From positions 681,704-745,703 of the forward strand of contig CAVVYO010000006.1 of assembly GCA_963752515.1 (NCBI GenBank): 64,000 nt of DNA, read 5' to 3'. Within the stretch, counting starts at the first letter, position 1, and the number at the start of each line of letters is the position of its first letter. A program made the position numbers and the translations under genes. This DNA is from Candidatus Glassbacteria bacterium. Its GTDB lineage: Bacteria > Gemmatimonadota > Glassbacteria > GWA2-58-10. Below the pieces are notes generated by a model. It was not told the DNA's origin and searched no databases. It saw only the letters and a program-made list of their open reading frames with translations. Shown piece after piece: positions 52,551 through 64,000 of this stretch.

Positions 52551-53446
52551 TCAGGCCAGCGGGATTTCGAGCAGCTCCATCAGCCGCTCGAAATCCTCGA
52601 AGGAGTAGAATTCGATCTCGATCCGGCCCTTGCCCTGGCCCCGGTCCTTGATCCGGACCTGGGTGCCCAGGCGACGGCGCAGCTTCTGCTCCAGGTCGGC
52701 GACATACTCCTGGCCCGCGGGAGCTTCCTTGCCGGCGGCGGGCTGCTCCAGCGATGGCTGCTCCGGCTTTTTCCAGTCGCGGACCATCGCCTCGAGGCGG
52801 CGCACCGAGAGTTCCTGCTCGATCACCCGCCGGGCCAGCTCGAGCTGGTCGGCCTCGGACTCCAGCCCCAACAACTGGCGGGCATGGCCGGCTGTCGAGC
52901 TGGCCGCCGGAGACCGACTGCTGGAGCACTTTCGGCAGGCGCAGCAGGCGCAGGGTATTGGCGACAGTGGTGCGTTCCCGTCCCACCCGCTCGGCCACCT
53001 GGGCCTGGGTCAGCGCGAACCGGTCGATCAGCCGCTGGTAGCCCTCGGCCTCCTCGATCGGATTGAGGTCCTCGCGCTGGAGGTTCTCGACCAGGGTCAT
53101 CTCCAGCAGCTTTTCCTCATCCACCTGGCGGACCACCGCCGGGACCTCTTTCCAGCCCAGCAGGCGCACCGAGCGCAGCCGGCGCTCGCCGCTGATCAGC
53201 TCCCAGCCGCCATCGCCCAGGTCATTGACCACGATCGGCTGGATCAGTCCCTGGGCTTCGATGCTGGCGGCCAGCTCGGCGATCGCCGCCGGATCGAACA
53301 CCCGGCGCGGCTGGTAACGGTTCTCGCGGATCCGGTCCACCGGGAGCAGCACCTCGCCGCTCGGCTGCGGGTTGGGCTCCTCGCCCCCCTCGGTGGTGAA
53401 GGTCAACCGCTCGTTGTCCGCCTCGCCGATCAGCGCGCTGAGGCCC

Positions 53447-53472
<26 letters not shown>
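52551..53472 (-). CDS. parB: Chromosome partition protein ParB; frameshift near 52895
   Basis: LGRGLSALI, QPR..F, GERRLR, ENLQREDLNPIEEA, VANTLRLL; G.IEIEFYS C-terminus. Confidence 0.92.
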
Positions 53473-54226
<754 letters not shown>

Positions 54227-54663
54227 GGAATCGGCGCCGGGCTCCGGCTTTGAGGGCTGAACCGCGGCGGATGAGCAGCCCCGCCGATGGGTGCAGGCAA
54301 GATCAGATTTGTAAACATATTAACATCGGCGGGAAGCTTTGGGAAGAAAAAACTCGCGCCCGGGAGGGCAAAGAATTTGCATCCAGCTTTCAACCGCTTG
54401 TCTGGAAAACAGATGCAGGAACCGAGCCGGCCATCCGCCAGGGGCCGCCAGCGTTCGTTTCGCCTCGACTAATTAATACTATTGCTTTTAATTGTTTTTC
54501 GTGATATATATAAGCATTCATTCCCGAGGAACCGGTTGCGGCAATCGGTCAGGCGACAGTGAGCGAAACAGGTCCGAAGCAGCGGAAACATGCTGTGGAT
54601 CAGGCCGTGGCGGCCCTTCCGCCCCGCGGCGCACCAGTTCAGCCTCCACCTGGGCCGACATCC

Positions 54664-55236
54664 ATGGAAAAAGAGATCCTCACCACGTTCGAGGCCGCGC
54701 GCTACTGCCAGGTCCACCCCGGCACGATCAAGAACTGGATCATGTTCCAGAACCTGAAAGCCTTCCGCACTCCCGGCGGCCACCGCCGGATCTATCGCCG
54801 GGAACTGGAGCGTTTTCTGCGGGAAAGGCAGATGCCGCTGGCCCGGGAAACGCTATCCCCGCGGCACCGGGTGCTGGTGATCGGCGCCGACCGGGAACTG
54901 CGGGAACAGATCGCGACAGCCCTGCACCTGCGGATGCAGGGCTACGAGGTGGCGACCGCCGCCGATGGTTTCGAGGGCGGCGAGCTGCTGGTGGCCTTCC
55001 GCCCCGGCCTGGTGATCGTGGATTGCCCGCTGCCGGGAATGAATCCGGTCGATTTCTGCCACCACCTCAAGGACTCCCCCTACCTGGACCGGGCGCGGGT
55101 GCTCTGCCTGACCGACCACCCGGAGAGCCTGTCCCAGGCCCTGCTGGAGCACTGCACGGATGGGGTGCTGCCCCGGCTGGTAACAATGAAGCGGCTCTGC
55201 CTCGAGGTGGAGCGGATTGTCAGTTATGAGAGTTAG
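54664..55236 (+). CDS. Excisionase-like HTH (HTH_17) + receiver-like domain regulator
   Basis: LTTFEAARYC, RTPGGHRRI; receiver-like region lacks the acidic pair and the Lys. Confidence 0.8.
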   Translation: MEKEILTTFEAARYCQVHPGTIKNWIMFQNLKAFRTPGGHRRIYRRELERFLRERQMPLARETLSPRHRVLVIGADRELREQIATALHLRMQGYEVATAADGFEGGELLVAFRPGLVIVDCPLPGMNPVDFCHHLKDSPYLDRARVLCLTDHPESLSQALLEHCTDGVLPRLVTMKRLCLEVERIVSYES

Positions 55237-55387
55237 CGGCGTGCTGAATTATTGTTGATAAAACACAACCCTTTGTTTCCCTCTTTGCTCAGGGGGATTT
55301 CAACGCCGCAACGGACCGGCAGTTGATCGTGTCAAACAGCCCCGTCGCTGCGCCCCAGGTCTGATGGCGAAATAATTAAACGTACTT

Positions 55388-56542
55388 TCATGCGCTCCGA
55401 CCCGAATCGCGCCAGGCCCGTCCGATCACTCCGCCCCCCAGCAGCACCGGACCATCGTAGAACACCGCCGACTGGCCCGGGGTCACCGCCCGGCGGGGCT
55501 GGTCCAGCTCCAGCAGCGCGCCCTCCCCAGCGGCGGAGGGATGGATGGTCGCCCCCACCGGCGCGCTGCGGTAGCGAACCTTGACCTGGGCTCGGAAGCC
55601 GCCCTCCGGCGGCATCGCCAGGTAATTGACTCCGGAGACCTCCAGCCGGTCGGCCAGCAGGTCCTGGTCCTCCCCCACCACCACCGCATTGTCCGCGCCG
55701 CGCACCGCGACCACATAGACCGGACGGCCCAGCGCCAACCCCAGCCCCTGGCGCTGCCCGACCGTGTAGCACGCGCTCCCGCGGTGGGCGCCGATCACCC
55801 GGCCCTCGCGGTCCAGGATCGGCCCCGGCCGCAGCGTGGGATGCGGCTCCTCTCCGCTTTGCGCCCGCTCGCGGATGAACTCCTCCAGCCGGCGGTCCTC
55901 CAGGAAACAGGCCTCCTGGCTCTCCGGCCGGTGGCGCACCGGCAGCTCGAACCGTTCGGCCAGCACCCGCACCTCGGGCTTGCGATAACTTCCCAGGGGA
56001 AAGCGCAGGAACCGCAGCGCCTCCCGCTGGATGCGCCAGAGAAAGTAGGACTGGTCCTTGGCGGGGTCCCGGCCGGCGGCCAGGCGAGGGGTGGGATCGC
56101 GGTCCGGATCGAGGGGAGGGAGCATTTCGACATAGTGGCCGGTGGCCAGAAAGCGCGCTCCCAGCTCCCGGGCGCGCTCCAGCAGCAGCCCGAACTTGAT
56201 CGCCCGGTTGCAGTCGACACAGGGATTGGGAGTGCGGCCCGCCAGGTAGGAGCCGACAAAGCCATCCACCACCGCCCGGGCGAACCGCTCCCGGCAGTCC
56301 ACCACCTGGTGCGGCAGTCCCAGCCGGTCGCACACCGCCCGGGCATCCTCGATCGCCTGCAGGCTGCGGCAGGGGCTGCCCTCGCGGCCATCGAACAGGT
56401 GCAGGGTGAGGCCCAGCACCGGGTGGCCGGCCTGGGCCAGCAGGGCGGCGGTGACCGAGCTGTCCACTCCGCCGCTCATCGCCACCGCCACCAGCGGCCG
56501 GTCCCCGGCCGCCTGATTGCCGCAAGCCCGCTGCTCAGTCAT
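55388..56542 (-). CDS. mnmA: tRNA 2-thiouridylase
   Basis: AMSGGVDSSV, TPNPCVDCN, ATGHY, KDQSYFL, YTVGQR, TPGQSAVFY. Confidence 0.95.
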   Translation of the reverse strand: MTEQRACGNQAAGDRPLVAVAMSGGVDSSVTAALLAQAGHPVLGLTLHLFDGREGSPCRSLQAIEDARAVCDRLGLPHQVVDCRERFARAVVDGFVGSYLAGRTPNPCVDCNRAIKFGLLLERARELGARFLATGHYVEMLPPLDPDRDPTPRLAAGRDPAKDQSYFLWRIQREALRFLRFPLGSYRKPEVRVLAERFELPVRHRPESQEACFLEDRRLEEFIRERAQSGEEPHPTLRPGPILDREGRVIGAHRGSACYTVGQRQGLGLALGRPVYVVAVRGADNAVVVGEDQDLLADRLEVSGVNYLAMPPEGGFRAQVKVRYRSAPVGATIHPSAAGEGALLELDQPRRAVTPGQSAVFYDGPVLLGGGVIGRAWRDSGRSA

Positions 56543-56662
56543 CTTTTACCAACCAGAAGACATCCACGAATAACCCGCCGGGACACCAGGGGAAAACTTG
56601 CGTGAACCCTCGCGGTCTTCGTGGATGAACATTTTTCACCAGAGGTGGCACCAGGGACAGGC

Positions 56663-57397
56663 TTACAGCACACCCGCCAGCAGCATCAATCCGGGAGCCG
56701 TCGGGTCGATAGCTTCGCAGCCCCGCAGCAGGTCCAGGGTGTGCGCTCGCGACTCGGTAATCGGCTCCCGCAGTCCCTCCCCGCCCAGCCAGTCGGCCAG
56801 TTCCAGCAGCCAGATCCAGCGGGAGAATTCTTCCAGGGCCGGGGAGAGCTCTTTCTTCGCGCCGGCGCCCCGCACCAGGGCCCCCACCGGCTCGACTTCC
56901 GCCAGGCCGCCGGCGGTCGCCGGGGCCCGGTCCAGCTCATCCAGCGCCCCCCGCAAGGCCTCGGCCATCCGCCGCACCGCATCCGCCCCCGCCTGATCCT
57001 CGGCGAGCAGCTCCAGCGGCCAGGTGAACAAGGTATCGACCGTCAACAGCAACTGCGCCTCGGCGAACCGCTGCCCCAGGCGCGCCACCAGGCCGGCGGC
57101 GGGACGCTCCTCCGGCGGCAGGCTGAGCTCGGCCAGCATCAGGTAGCCGCGCAGCAGGCATTCAGCCGCGACCAGCGCTCCCATTTCCGGCGGCTCGGGG
57201 CTGCCCGCGGCAGCTAACAGCAGCGGCACCCCCCGTCGCGGCCGGGCTCCCTCGGCCCCGGCCAGCAGCACCTCCCTTAGGCACTCGCGCAGCACCTGCG
57301 GGTACTCTTCCGGGTCCAGCGCCTGCAACCGGCCGCGCAACTCCTCCTCGAACCGGCCCGGCAGGGCCAGCAGCTCGTTCTGGTCGGAAATGGTCAC
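56663..57397 (-). CDS. Hypothetical protein resembling a degenerate polyprenyl synthetase fold
   Basis: RPRRGVPLLL, AAECL..GYL.LAE, RFAEAQLLLTVDTL line up with R.RP, A.E.IH..SL.HDD, FG.A.AIL.GD.L, but with no DDxxD; overlaps the alaS stop. Confidence 0.55.
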   Translation of the reverse strand: MTISDQNELLALPGRFEEELRGRLQALDPEEYPQVLRECLREVLLAGAEGARPRRGVPLLLAAAGSPEPPEMGALVAAECLLRGYLMLAELSLPPEERPAAGLVARLGQRFAEAQLLLTVDTLFTWPLELLAEDQAGADAVRRMAEALRGALDELDRAPATAGGLAEVEPVGALVRGAGAKKELSPALEEFSRWIWLLELADWLGGEGLREPITESRAHTLDLLRGCEAIDPTAPGLMLLAGVL

Positions 57398-60021
57398 TGT
57401 CCCAGCCTTTCCCGGACGATGGTCCCGAACCCGTTCAACACCTCGGCCAGTTTCTCCGGCTGGCGGCCGCCGGCGGTAGCCAGGTGCGGCTTGCCGCCGC
57501 CCCCGCCGCCCGCGAGCTTGGCCACCTGCCCGACCAGTTCTCCGGCCTTGAGCCGGCCTTCCGCCACCAGGTCATCGGTGACCGCGCAGACAAACAGCAG
57601 CTTGCCATCCAGCTCCGCGGCGAACAGCGCCACCCCGCGCTGGGCTTTCTCGCGGAAGCTGTCGCCCAGGCCCTTGAGCTCCCCGGCATCGGCGACTTCC
57701 ACCTTCCGGCTCACCGCCAGCACCTCGCCCGGCAGCTTTTCCCCGGCGGCGATCAGCTCGTCCATCCGCGAGCGGTGGCTCTCGGCGCGGGCCTGGGCCA
57801 GCTCGCGGGAGAGCGCCTTGCCGCTCTCGGCCAGGGCCAGCATTCGTTCCAGCAGATCCTCCTGCCGCAGCGAAAAGGCCCGCTCCAGGTCGAGCACGAT
57901 CCGGCTGCGCCCGAGCAGGTACTCGGTCGCCCGCTCGCCGGTCAGGGCCTCGATCCGGCGCACCCCGGCGGCGACACTGCTCTCGGAGAGGATCACGAAC
58001 GCCCCGAGCTGGCCGGTGGCCTGGACATGGGTCCCGCCGCAGAGCTCCCGGCTGAAACCCTCGACCTCGACCACCCGCACCCGCGACTCGTATTTCTCGC
58101 CGAACAGGGCCATCGCCCCGGCGGCCACCGCTTCCTCGTAGGAGCGGATCGTGGTGATCACCCGGCGGTCGGCGCGGATCTCGGCGTTGACCGCCAGCTC
58201 GATACGCTCCACCAGCTCCTCGGCCAGCTTCTCGTAGTGGTGGAAGTCGAAACGCAGGGCCTCGGGCGAGACCAGCGACCCGGCCTGGGTGGCATTGTCC
58301 CCGAGCTCTTGCAGCAGCACCCGGTGCAGCAGGTGGGTGGCGGTATGGTTACGGGCTGTGGCTAATCGCCGGCGCTCCTCGACCTCGGCCCGGGCCACAG
58401 CCCCGGCCGGCGCGGCCCCGGGCCCGCCCTCGACCCACTCGCCCTCGTGGACAATCAGCGCCCCGGAGCGCTCCGCGCGCTCGACCCGGAAGGCGAACCC
58501 GGCCCCGCGGACCAGCCCGGTGTCGGAGACCTGGCCGCCGCCCTCGGGATAGAACGGGGTGCGGTCCAGCAGCAGGGAATCCTCATCCGCGCCGAGCACC
58601 CGGGCCTCCCCCTCCGTGCCCTCATAGCCGGTAAACTCGCAGCGAGCGCCCTCCTCCAGCCGGGAACCCCAGCGGGCGGCCGCGCCCTGGCGGCCGAGAC
58701 GCCCCTCGGCGCGCGACAGCTCACGCTGGCGCTGCATCGCGGCCCGGAAGCCCTCCTCATCGACCTCCAGGCCCTGCTCCCGCGCCATCAGCATCGTCAG
58801 GTCGAGCGGGAACCCGTAGGTGTCGAACAGCTTGAACGCATCCTCGCCGGGGATGCGTCCCGTGCCGCGAACCGCCGCGCCGCGGGCGACCTCCCCGAAC
58901 AGCTCGATCCCGCGGTCGAGGGTGGTCCCGAAGCTCTCCTCCTCGGCCTTGAGCACCTGGGCGACATGCTGGGCGCGCTGGACCAGCTCCGGGTAAGCCC
59001 CGCCCATCAGGTCCGCCAATGGCGAGACCAGGCGGTAGAGGAACGGCTGGCGCACTCCCAGCTCCCGGCCGAACCGCGCCGCCCGGCGCAGGATCCGGCG
59101 GGCGACATAGCCCCGGCCCTCATTGGCGGGGATCACCCCATCGGCGATCGCGAAACTGAGCATCCGCAGGTGGTCGGCGATCACCCGGTGCGGGGTGCCG
59201 GCCTCGCCGGGCTGGTAGTCGATCCCGCTCAGCTCGCTGACCGCGGCCAGCAATGGCTGGAACAGGTCGGTCTCGAAATTGGAGGTCTTGCCCTGCAGCA
59301 CCGAGCAGATGCGCTCGAAGCCCATCCCGGTATCGACATGTTGATGGCGCAGCGGAGTGAGGCTGCCATCGGCCTGGCGCTCGAAACGGATGAACACCAG
59401 GTTCCAGAGCTCGATGAACCGGGCCGAGCCGCTGTTGACCCCCACGTTCGGGTCTCCGGCCAGGGAGGGCCCGCCGGGGGTCTCCCCCAGGTCGATGTGG
59501 ATCTCGCTGGAGGGACCGCAGGGGCCGACCTCGCCCATCTCCCAGAAGTTGTCCTTGCCGAAGCGGAAGATGCGGTCGGCGGGCAGGTCGGTCTCGCTCT
59601 TCCAGAGCGCCTCGGCCTCGTCATCCTCGAGGTGAACCGTCGCATAGAGCCGGTCCTTGGGCAGCTTCCAGACCTCGGTCAGCAGTTCCCAGGCCCAGCG
59701 GATCGACTCGATCTTGCCGTAGTCGCCGAAACTCCAGTTGCCGAGCATCTCGAAAAAAGTGTGGTGGTAGGTGTCGCGCCCGACCACCTCCAGGTCGTTG
59801 TGCTTGCCCGAGACCCGGATGCATTTCTGGCTGTTGACCGCCCGGCGGTAGTCCCGGGTCCCATTGCCGAGGAACACGTCCTTGAACTGCACCATCCCGG
59901 CGTTGACAAACAGCAGGGTGGGATCGCCGTGGGGGATCACCGGGGCGCTGGGCACGAAAGTGTGGCCGCGCCGGCGGAAGAAGTCGATGAACTCGGCGCG
60001 AGTTTCCTCTGATCTGCGCAT
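57394..60021 (-). CDS. alaS: Alanyl-tRNA synthetase
   Basis: DPTLLFVNAGM, HHTFFEMLGNWSFGDY, DTGMGFER, NHTATHLL, ELCGGTH, GGGGGKP. Confidence 0.97.
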   Translation of the reverse strand: MRRSEETRAEFIDFFRRRGHTFVPSAPVIPHGDPTLLFVNAGMVQFKDVFLGNGTRDYRRAVNSQKCIRVSGKHNDLEVVGRDTYHHTFFEMLGNWSFGDYGKIESIRWAWELLTEVWKLPKDRLYATVHLEDDEAEALWKSETDLPADRIFRFGKDNFWEMGEVGPCGPSSEIHIDLGETPGGPSLAGDPNVGVNSGSARFIELWNLVFIRFERQADGSLTPLRHQHVDTGMGFERICSVLQGKTSNFETDLFQPLLAAVSELSGIDYQPGEAGTPHRVIADHLRMLSFAIADGVIPANEGRGYVARRILRRAARFGRELGVRQPFLYRLVSPLADLMGGAYPELVQRAQHVAQVLKAEEESFGTTLDRGIELFGEVARGAAVRGTGRIPGEDAFKLFDTYGFPLDLTMLMAREQGLEVDEEGFRAAMQRQRELSRAEGRLGRQGAAARWGSRLEEGARCEFTGYEGTEGEARVLGADEDSLLLDRTPFYPEGGGQVSDTGLVRGAGFAFRVERAERSGALIVHEGEWVEGGPGAAPAGAVARAEVEERRRLATARNHTATHLLHRVLLQELGDNATQAGSLVSPEALRFDFHHYEKLAEELVERIELAVNAEIRADRRVITTIRSYEEAVAAGAMALFGEKYESRVRVVEVEGFSRELCGGTHVQATGQLGAFVILSESSVAAGVRRIEALTGERATEYLLGRSRIVLDLERAFSLRQEDLLERMLALAESGKALSRELAQARAESHRSRMDELIAAGEKLPGEVLAVSRKVEVADAGELKGLGDSFREKAQRGVALFAAELDGKLLFVCAVTDDLVAEGRLKAGELVGQVAKLAGGGGGGKPHLATAGGRQPEKLAEVLNGFGTIVRERLGQ

Positions 60022-60111
60022 ACCCTTCTTTCCGTTCAGGTTGTCGGTCGGTTGCCAGCAAGCACGCGCCGCAGTTGGCTCAGACGGCGGGACCAGGTTC
60101 GATGGAAGCCC

Positions 60112-60632
60112 TCAGCGCTCGGCCAGGGCCCGCTCCGCCGCGGCGAACACCACCGGCCGCGAGAAGCCGCGATAGCAGAGAAAGCGCAGCAGGGCCAGGC
60201 GCAACCGCTCGCCATCGAGCCCCGGCGGAGTGGTCCGCAGCTTCTTGCGGGCCGCCTGGACCGCCAGCGCCAGCTCATCGGCGCCCTCCTCCTCCAGCGC
60301 CTCCTCCACCGCCCGCCGGGCCTGATCGCGGTCGATCCCCCGGCGGCCGAGCTCATCGGCCACCAGCAGGGGCGAGCGCGGGGAGCGTGTCAGCCGGGCC
60401 CGGGCATAGGCCCGGGCGAAAGCGGGGTCATCAAGGTAACCCATTTCCCGCAGCGCGGCAAGCACCCGCCGGACAGTTTCCCGGTCATGATGGCGCAGCA
60501 GCTTGGCCTCCAGCTCCTGCGCCGAGTGGGCCCGCCCGGCCAGGATCCGTTCCGCGCGGAGCGAAGCCCGGGAGTAGTCCTCCCGGGCTTCGCTGGTCAA
60601 TTCCCGCCGATCCCGATTGTGGACGCCATCGC

Positions 60633-60636
<4 letters not shown>
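60112..60636 (-). CDS. recX: Regulatory protein RecX
   Basis: R.HS..EL..KL, GYLDD..FA, L.RRGI, FL..RGF; overlaps the recA stop. Confidence 0.88.
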
Positions 60637-61712
<1,076 letters not shown>

Positions 61713-61774
61713 CTACGTTCTCCCTTGGAAACGCGTGGGTTGACGCTTGTTTTTGTCGTGCTCCCGACCGGATA

Positions 61775-61803
61775 AAGATAGCGATTATTTCCTTATTTGT
61801 CAA
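61775..61803 (-). promoter_or_regulatory. Sigma70-type promoter upstream of recA
   Basis: TTGACA-17 nt-TATCTT on the minus strand. Confidence 0.65.
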
Positions 61804-62476
61804 CATTTTAGATGGACAACGCCTGCCCGCGGAATCCCGCCGCCGAAGGCTTTGAGCTGCTCGGCCAGGAAGCCGGCGTGGCCCTCCAGCGCCGCCTGTT
61901 CCAGCTCGCGGGGCGCGAAGATCACCGCCAGCGCCCGCGTGGTCGCCGCGGTGATGCTGGTGCGCTCGCTGTCCGAGGTGGGCGAGCCGAACGGCCCGGC
62001 GGCATCGAACAGCGCGTAGCGGCCCTCCAGGTTGACCGGTCCCTTGCGGATGCCGGGATAGCTCTCCCCCTCGCGGCCCCGGCGCAGTTGGATAACATCA
62101 CCCACGATCCGCTCCCGGTCGTAGAGCCCGACCGGCAGCAGGAAGCTCAGGCTGCAGTAGTTGACCGTGTCCACCAGCGAGTTGATCCGGTAGAGTTCCT
62201 GGCCTTTGAGCACCCGGCGCAGCAGGGCCTCGGAGGAGGGCGCAGGCTGGTGGGGTCCAGGCCGATCGCCCGGTAGAGCCTGCGCCCGTGCTGCACTCCC
62301 GGCACCCGGCTGATCGTCCCGGCCCGGTAGCTTTGCCGCAGCTCCCGGCACAGCGGCTCGATCCGCTCGCGCCAGAGCGCCTCCCCGGCCTCGACCGCGA
62401 TCTCCTCCGCGCTCACCGCCGCCAGCCGGACCCTGGCCTCCAGCTCCGGCTCGATCCCGATCCTCAGCTCGTCCAT
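61800..62476 (-). CDS. Free-standing B3/B4 (PheRS beta editing-like) domain protein; frameshift near 62240
   Basis: YRAIGLDPT..RPSSEALLRR, INSLVD..N..S, GLYD, FGSPTSDS.RT. Confidence 0.82.
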
Positions 62477-62856
62477 CGTCTGCCGCTCCCGGTTGCGCCG
62501 CGGGTTTCCGCCGCTGTGCCTCGGACCATGACGAAAGATACAAAAAACGACCATGGCAGGCAAGGCAGCCCCCCCGACTGGTCTAAAGAATAGCGAACAA
62601 AAAGCGAAAGAGCAAGCCTGATCCACACCGCATCGGGTGACACGGCGCCCTGGCCACCCCCGGTGCCGCTGGAAGCGGGACCACCCCCGTCCCGGGGGGA
62701 TTCCGTCGGCCCGAGCAATGGCGCCAACGGTCGGGTGCATGCTGTCCCGTCCCCCCTGGAGGGGGGGTGGCATCAGCCGCCGGGGGTGTCATGCTCGCTG
62801 TCCGCTGCTCAGCAGGTGGGCAACTATCATCCGGAGTTCCCGGAGGAACCAAATGC

Positions 62857-62890
62857 AAAAGCCCCGCCGGGGGGTTCCCGGCGGGGCTGG
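62857..62890 (-). terminator. Intrinsic terminator after the DUF6249-like gene
   Basis: Minus strand AGCCCCGCCGGG-aacc-CCCGGCGGGGCTTTTG. Confidence 0.7.
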
Positions 62891-62918
62891 GATCGATCAG
62901 TTGCAGGAGGCCGCAGCC

Positions 62919-63342
62919 TCAGACCTCGACATTTTCCCGCTGCCTGGCCTGCTCGGACGCGGCGGCGCGGTTCTGCTCGGCCATCGCCTCCATGTAGCGC
63001 TCCATCAGCTCCTGGGCCTTTTTGCGCTGAGGCATGGTCAGGCGGTAGTAGGCGAACAGCGCGCCGCCGAGCACCAGCGAGGAGATCGCGAAGAACAGCC
63101 TTTCGGGATCCTCGATCTCGCCCATCACGATGTAGAAGATGAGGCCGGCCAGGCCCAGGGCGGCGAAGATCATCCCCCAGAGCAGGACCCCGGTCCCAGA
63201 CGGAAATCTTCATCTTGCTGGGACCGGGATTGATCCCCTGGCGGATCATTTCCATCCGCTCCTTGTGCCGGCTGCCGACCACGATGTAAACGACCACCGC
63301 GACCATCGCGAACGTGCCGAGCGGAACCAGGATGCCTTCCAT
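62919..63342 (-). CDS. DUF6249-like membrane protein; frameshift near 63195
   Basis: ILVPLGTFAMV....R.KERMEMI.QG pattern followed by two TM helices; GGAGG RBS. Confidence 0.65.
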
Positions 63343-63389
63343 TTTAACCTCCAGTTTGAGTTGAGCGGTGTTTCCGGGTATCTGTCAGC

Positions 63390-63420
63390 TTGGACTCGGG
63401 CTGTCGGAAATTTATTTCAA
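63390..63420 (-). promoter_or_regulatory. ECF-type promoter motif copy 1
   Basis: TTGAAAT-18 nt-GTCCAA. Confidence 0.6.
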
Positions 63421-63803
63421 TTTTTTTCGCTCCGCTGGACCGGCGCAGGAAACCGCCGCTCATAGAGCTGGAGCAGCCAGTTCCGTCGGCCGGCGGTCAG
63501 CAGGTGATAGGCCAGCAGGGCCGCGGCCAGGCAACCCTGGACCAGCAGCAGGAACAGCTCCCAGCGCTCCAGCGTCTCACCCATCAGTACCAGATAAAGG
63601 AAATCGGCCAGGGCCAGGGCGCCCAACACCAGTCCCCACAGCAGGGCCTGCGGGTTGGCCACCGACCAGGGCAGCGGTGAGCCGGGCCAGCCGAACACCA
63701 GCCGGAACGCCTCCCGGCGCTCCCGTGATGCGGTCCAGGTGGCATAGAGCACGATCAGCGCGATCATCGCGAACAGGCCGAGGGGAACCAGCACCGCTTC
63801 CAT
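63417..63803 (-). CDS. Membrane protein, paralogue of the downstream DUF6249-like gene
   Basis: MEAVLVPLGLFAMIA vs MEGILVPLGTFAMVA; three TM helices; GGAGG RBS. Confidence 0.65.
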   Translation of the reverse strand: MEAVLVPLGLFAMIALIVLYATWTASRERREAFRLVFGWPGSPLPWSVANPQALLWGLVLGALALADFLYLVLMGETLERWELFLLLVQGCLAAALLAYHLLTAGRRNWLLQLYERRFPAPVQRSEKN

Positions 63804-63854
63804 CTTTTCCTCCTGGTCAGGGTTCTTGGTTGGGATTGGTCGCTTGCTGGCAGA

Positions 63855-63941
63855 TAAGACTCCCCCTGTCCCGAAATAATTTCAAATGATTTTATTCCCC
63901 AGCGGATTTTTTGAAATTATATTCCAGTGGCCCTCGTCCTA
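63855..63941. promoter_or_regulatory. Divergent ECF-type promoter motif copies 2 (minus) and 3 (plus)
   Basis: Minus TTGAAAT(63885-63879)-18-GTCTTA(63860-63855); plus TTGAAAT(63911-63917)-18-GTCCTA(63936-63941). Confidence 0.62.
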
Positions 63942-64000
63942 CGAGTTGAACACGGGAGCAGTCGGATTCACTCATCCCTGCGCGAGGCTCATGCAGACCA

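Noticed and set aside
54230-54560. oriC or parS next to parAB; weak CRP-like TGTAA-N6-TAACA
   Set aside because: No DnaA-box cluster or TGTTTCACGTGAAACA found; the CRP-like match is too degenerate

Overview
High-GC bacterial chromosome segment. Gene content suggests an FCB-group or Gemmatimonadota-related lineage (inference only). Scattered single-base indels split several essential genes and look like long-read consensus errors. From left to right: the 3' part of nuoI and a cupin; a four-gene sugar-phosphate operon (aldose epimerase, HAD-like, AgaS-like SIS, PPi-type PFK); a comB-like phosphatase; two tandem OmpA/TSP3 outer-membrane proteins; dusB-larB; and an HDOD protein divergent from a six-gene signalling module (1613-aa propeller/degenerate STAND/GAF/PP2C protein, GAF-PAS adenylate cyclase, RsbW, STAS, VWA-SH3, dual cNMP). 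Then come an LD-carboxypeptidase, a HEAT+REC protein, a ~13 kb fused trp-his run (trpEG-LOG-trpDCF-hisG-hisDC-HAD-hisBHAF) and the F1Fo ATP synthase operon. The right end holds an AT-rich HNH-like orphan, parAB-M23-bactofilin, mnmA, a degenerate prenyltransferase-fold gene, alaS, recX, recA, a B3/B4 protein and two DUF6249-like paralogues. The best candidate for a new system is an unannotated 36-aa leader peptide (28949-29059) with control codons W-R-G-W-H-H-H. It lies in a complete promoter/antiterminator/terminator layout ahead of the trp-his run, which points to a dual Trp+His ribosome-mediated attenuator. Other highlights are the sigma-less partner-switch/cAMP module, three identically spaced ECF-type promoter motifs and a TA-flanked MITE.
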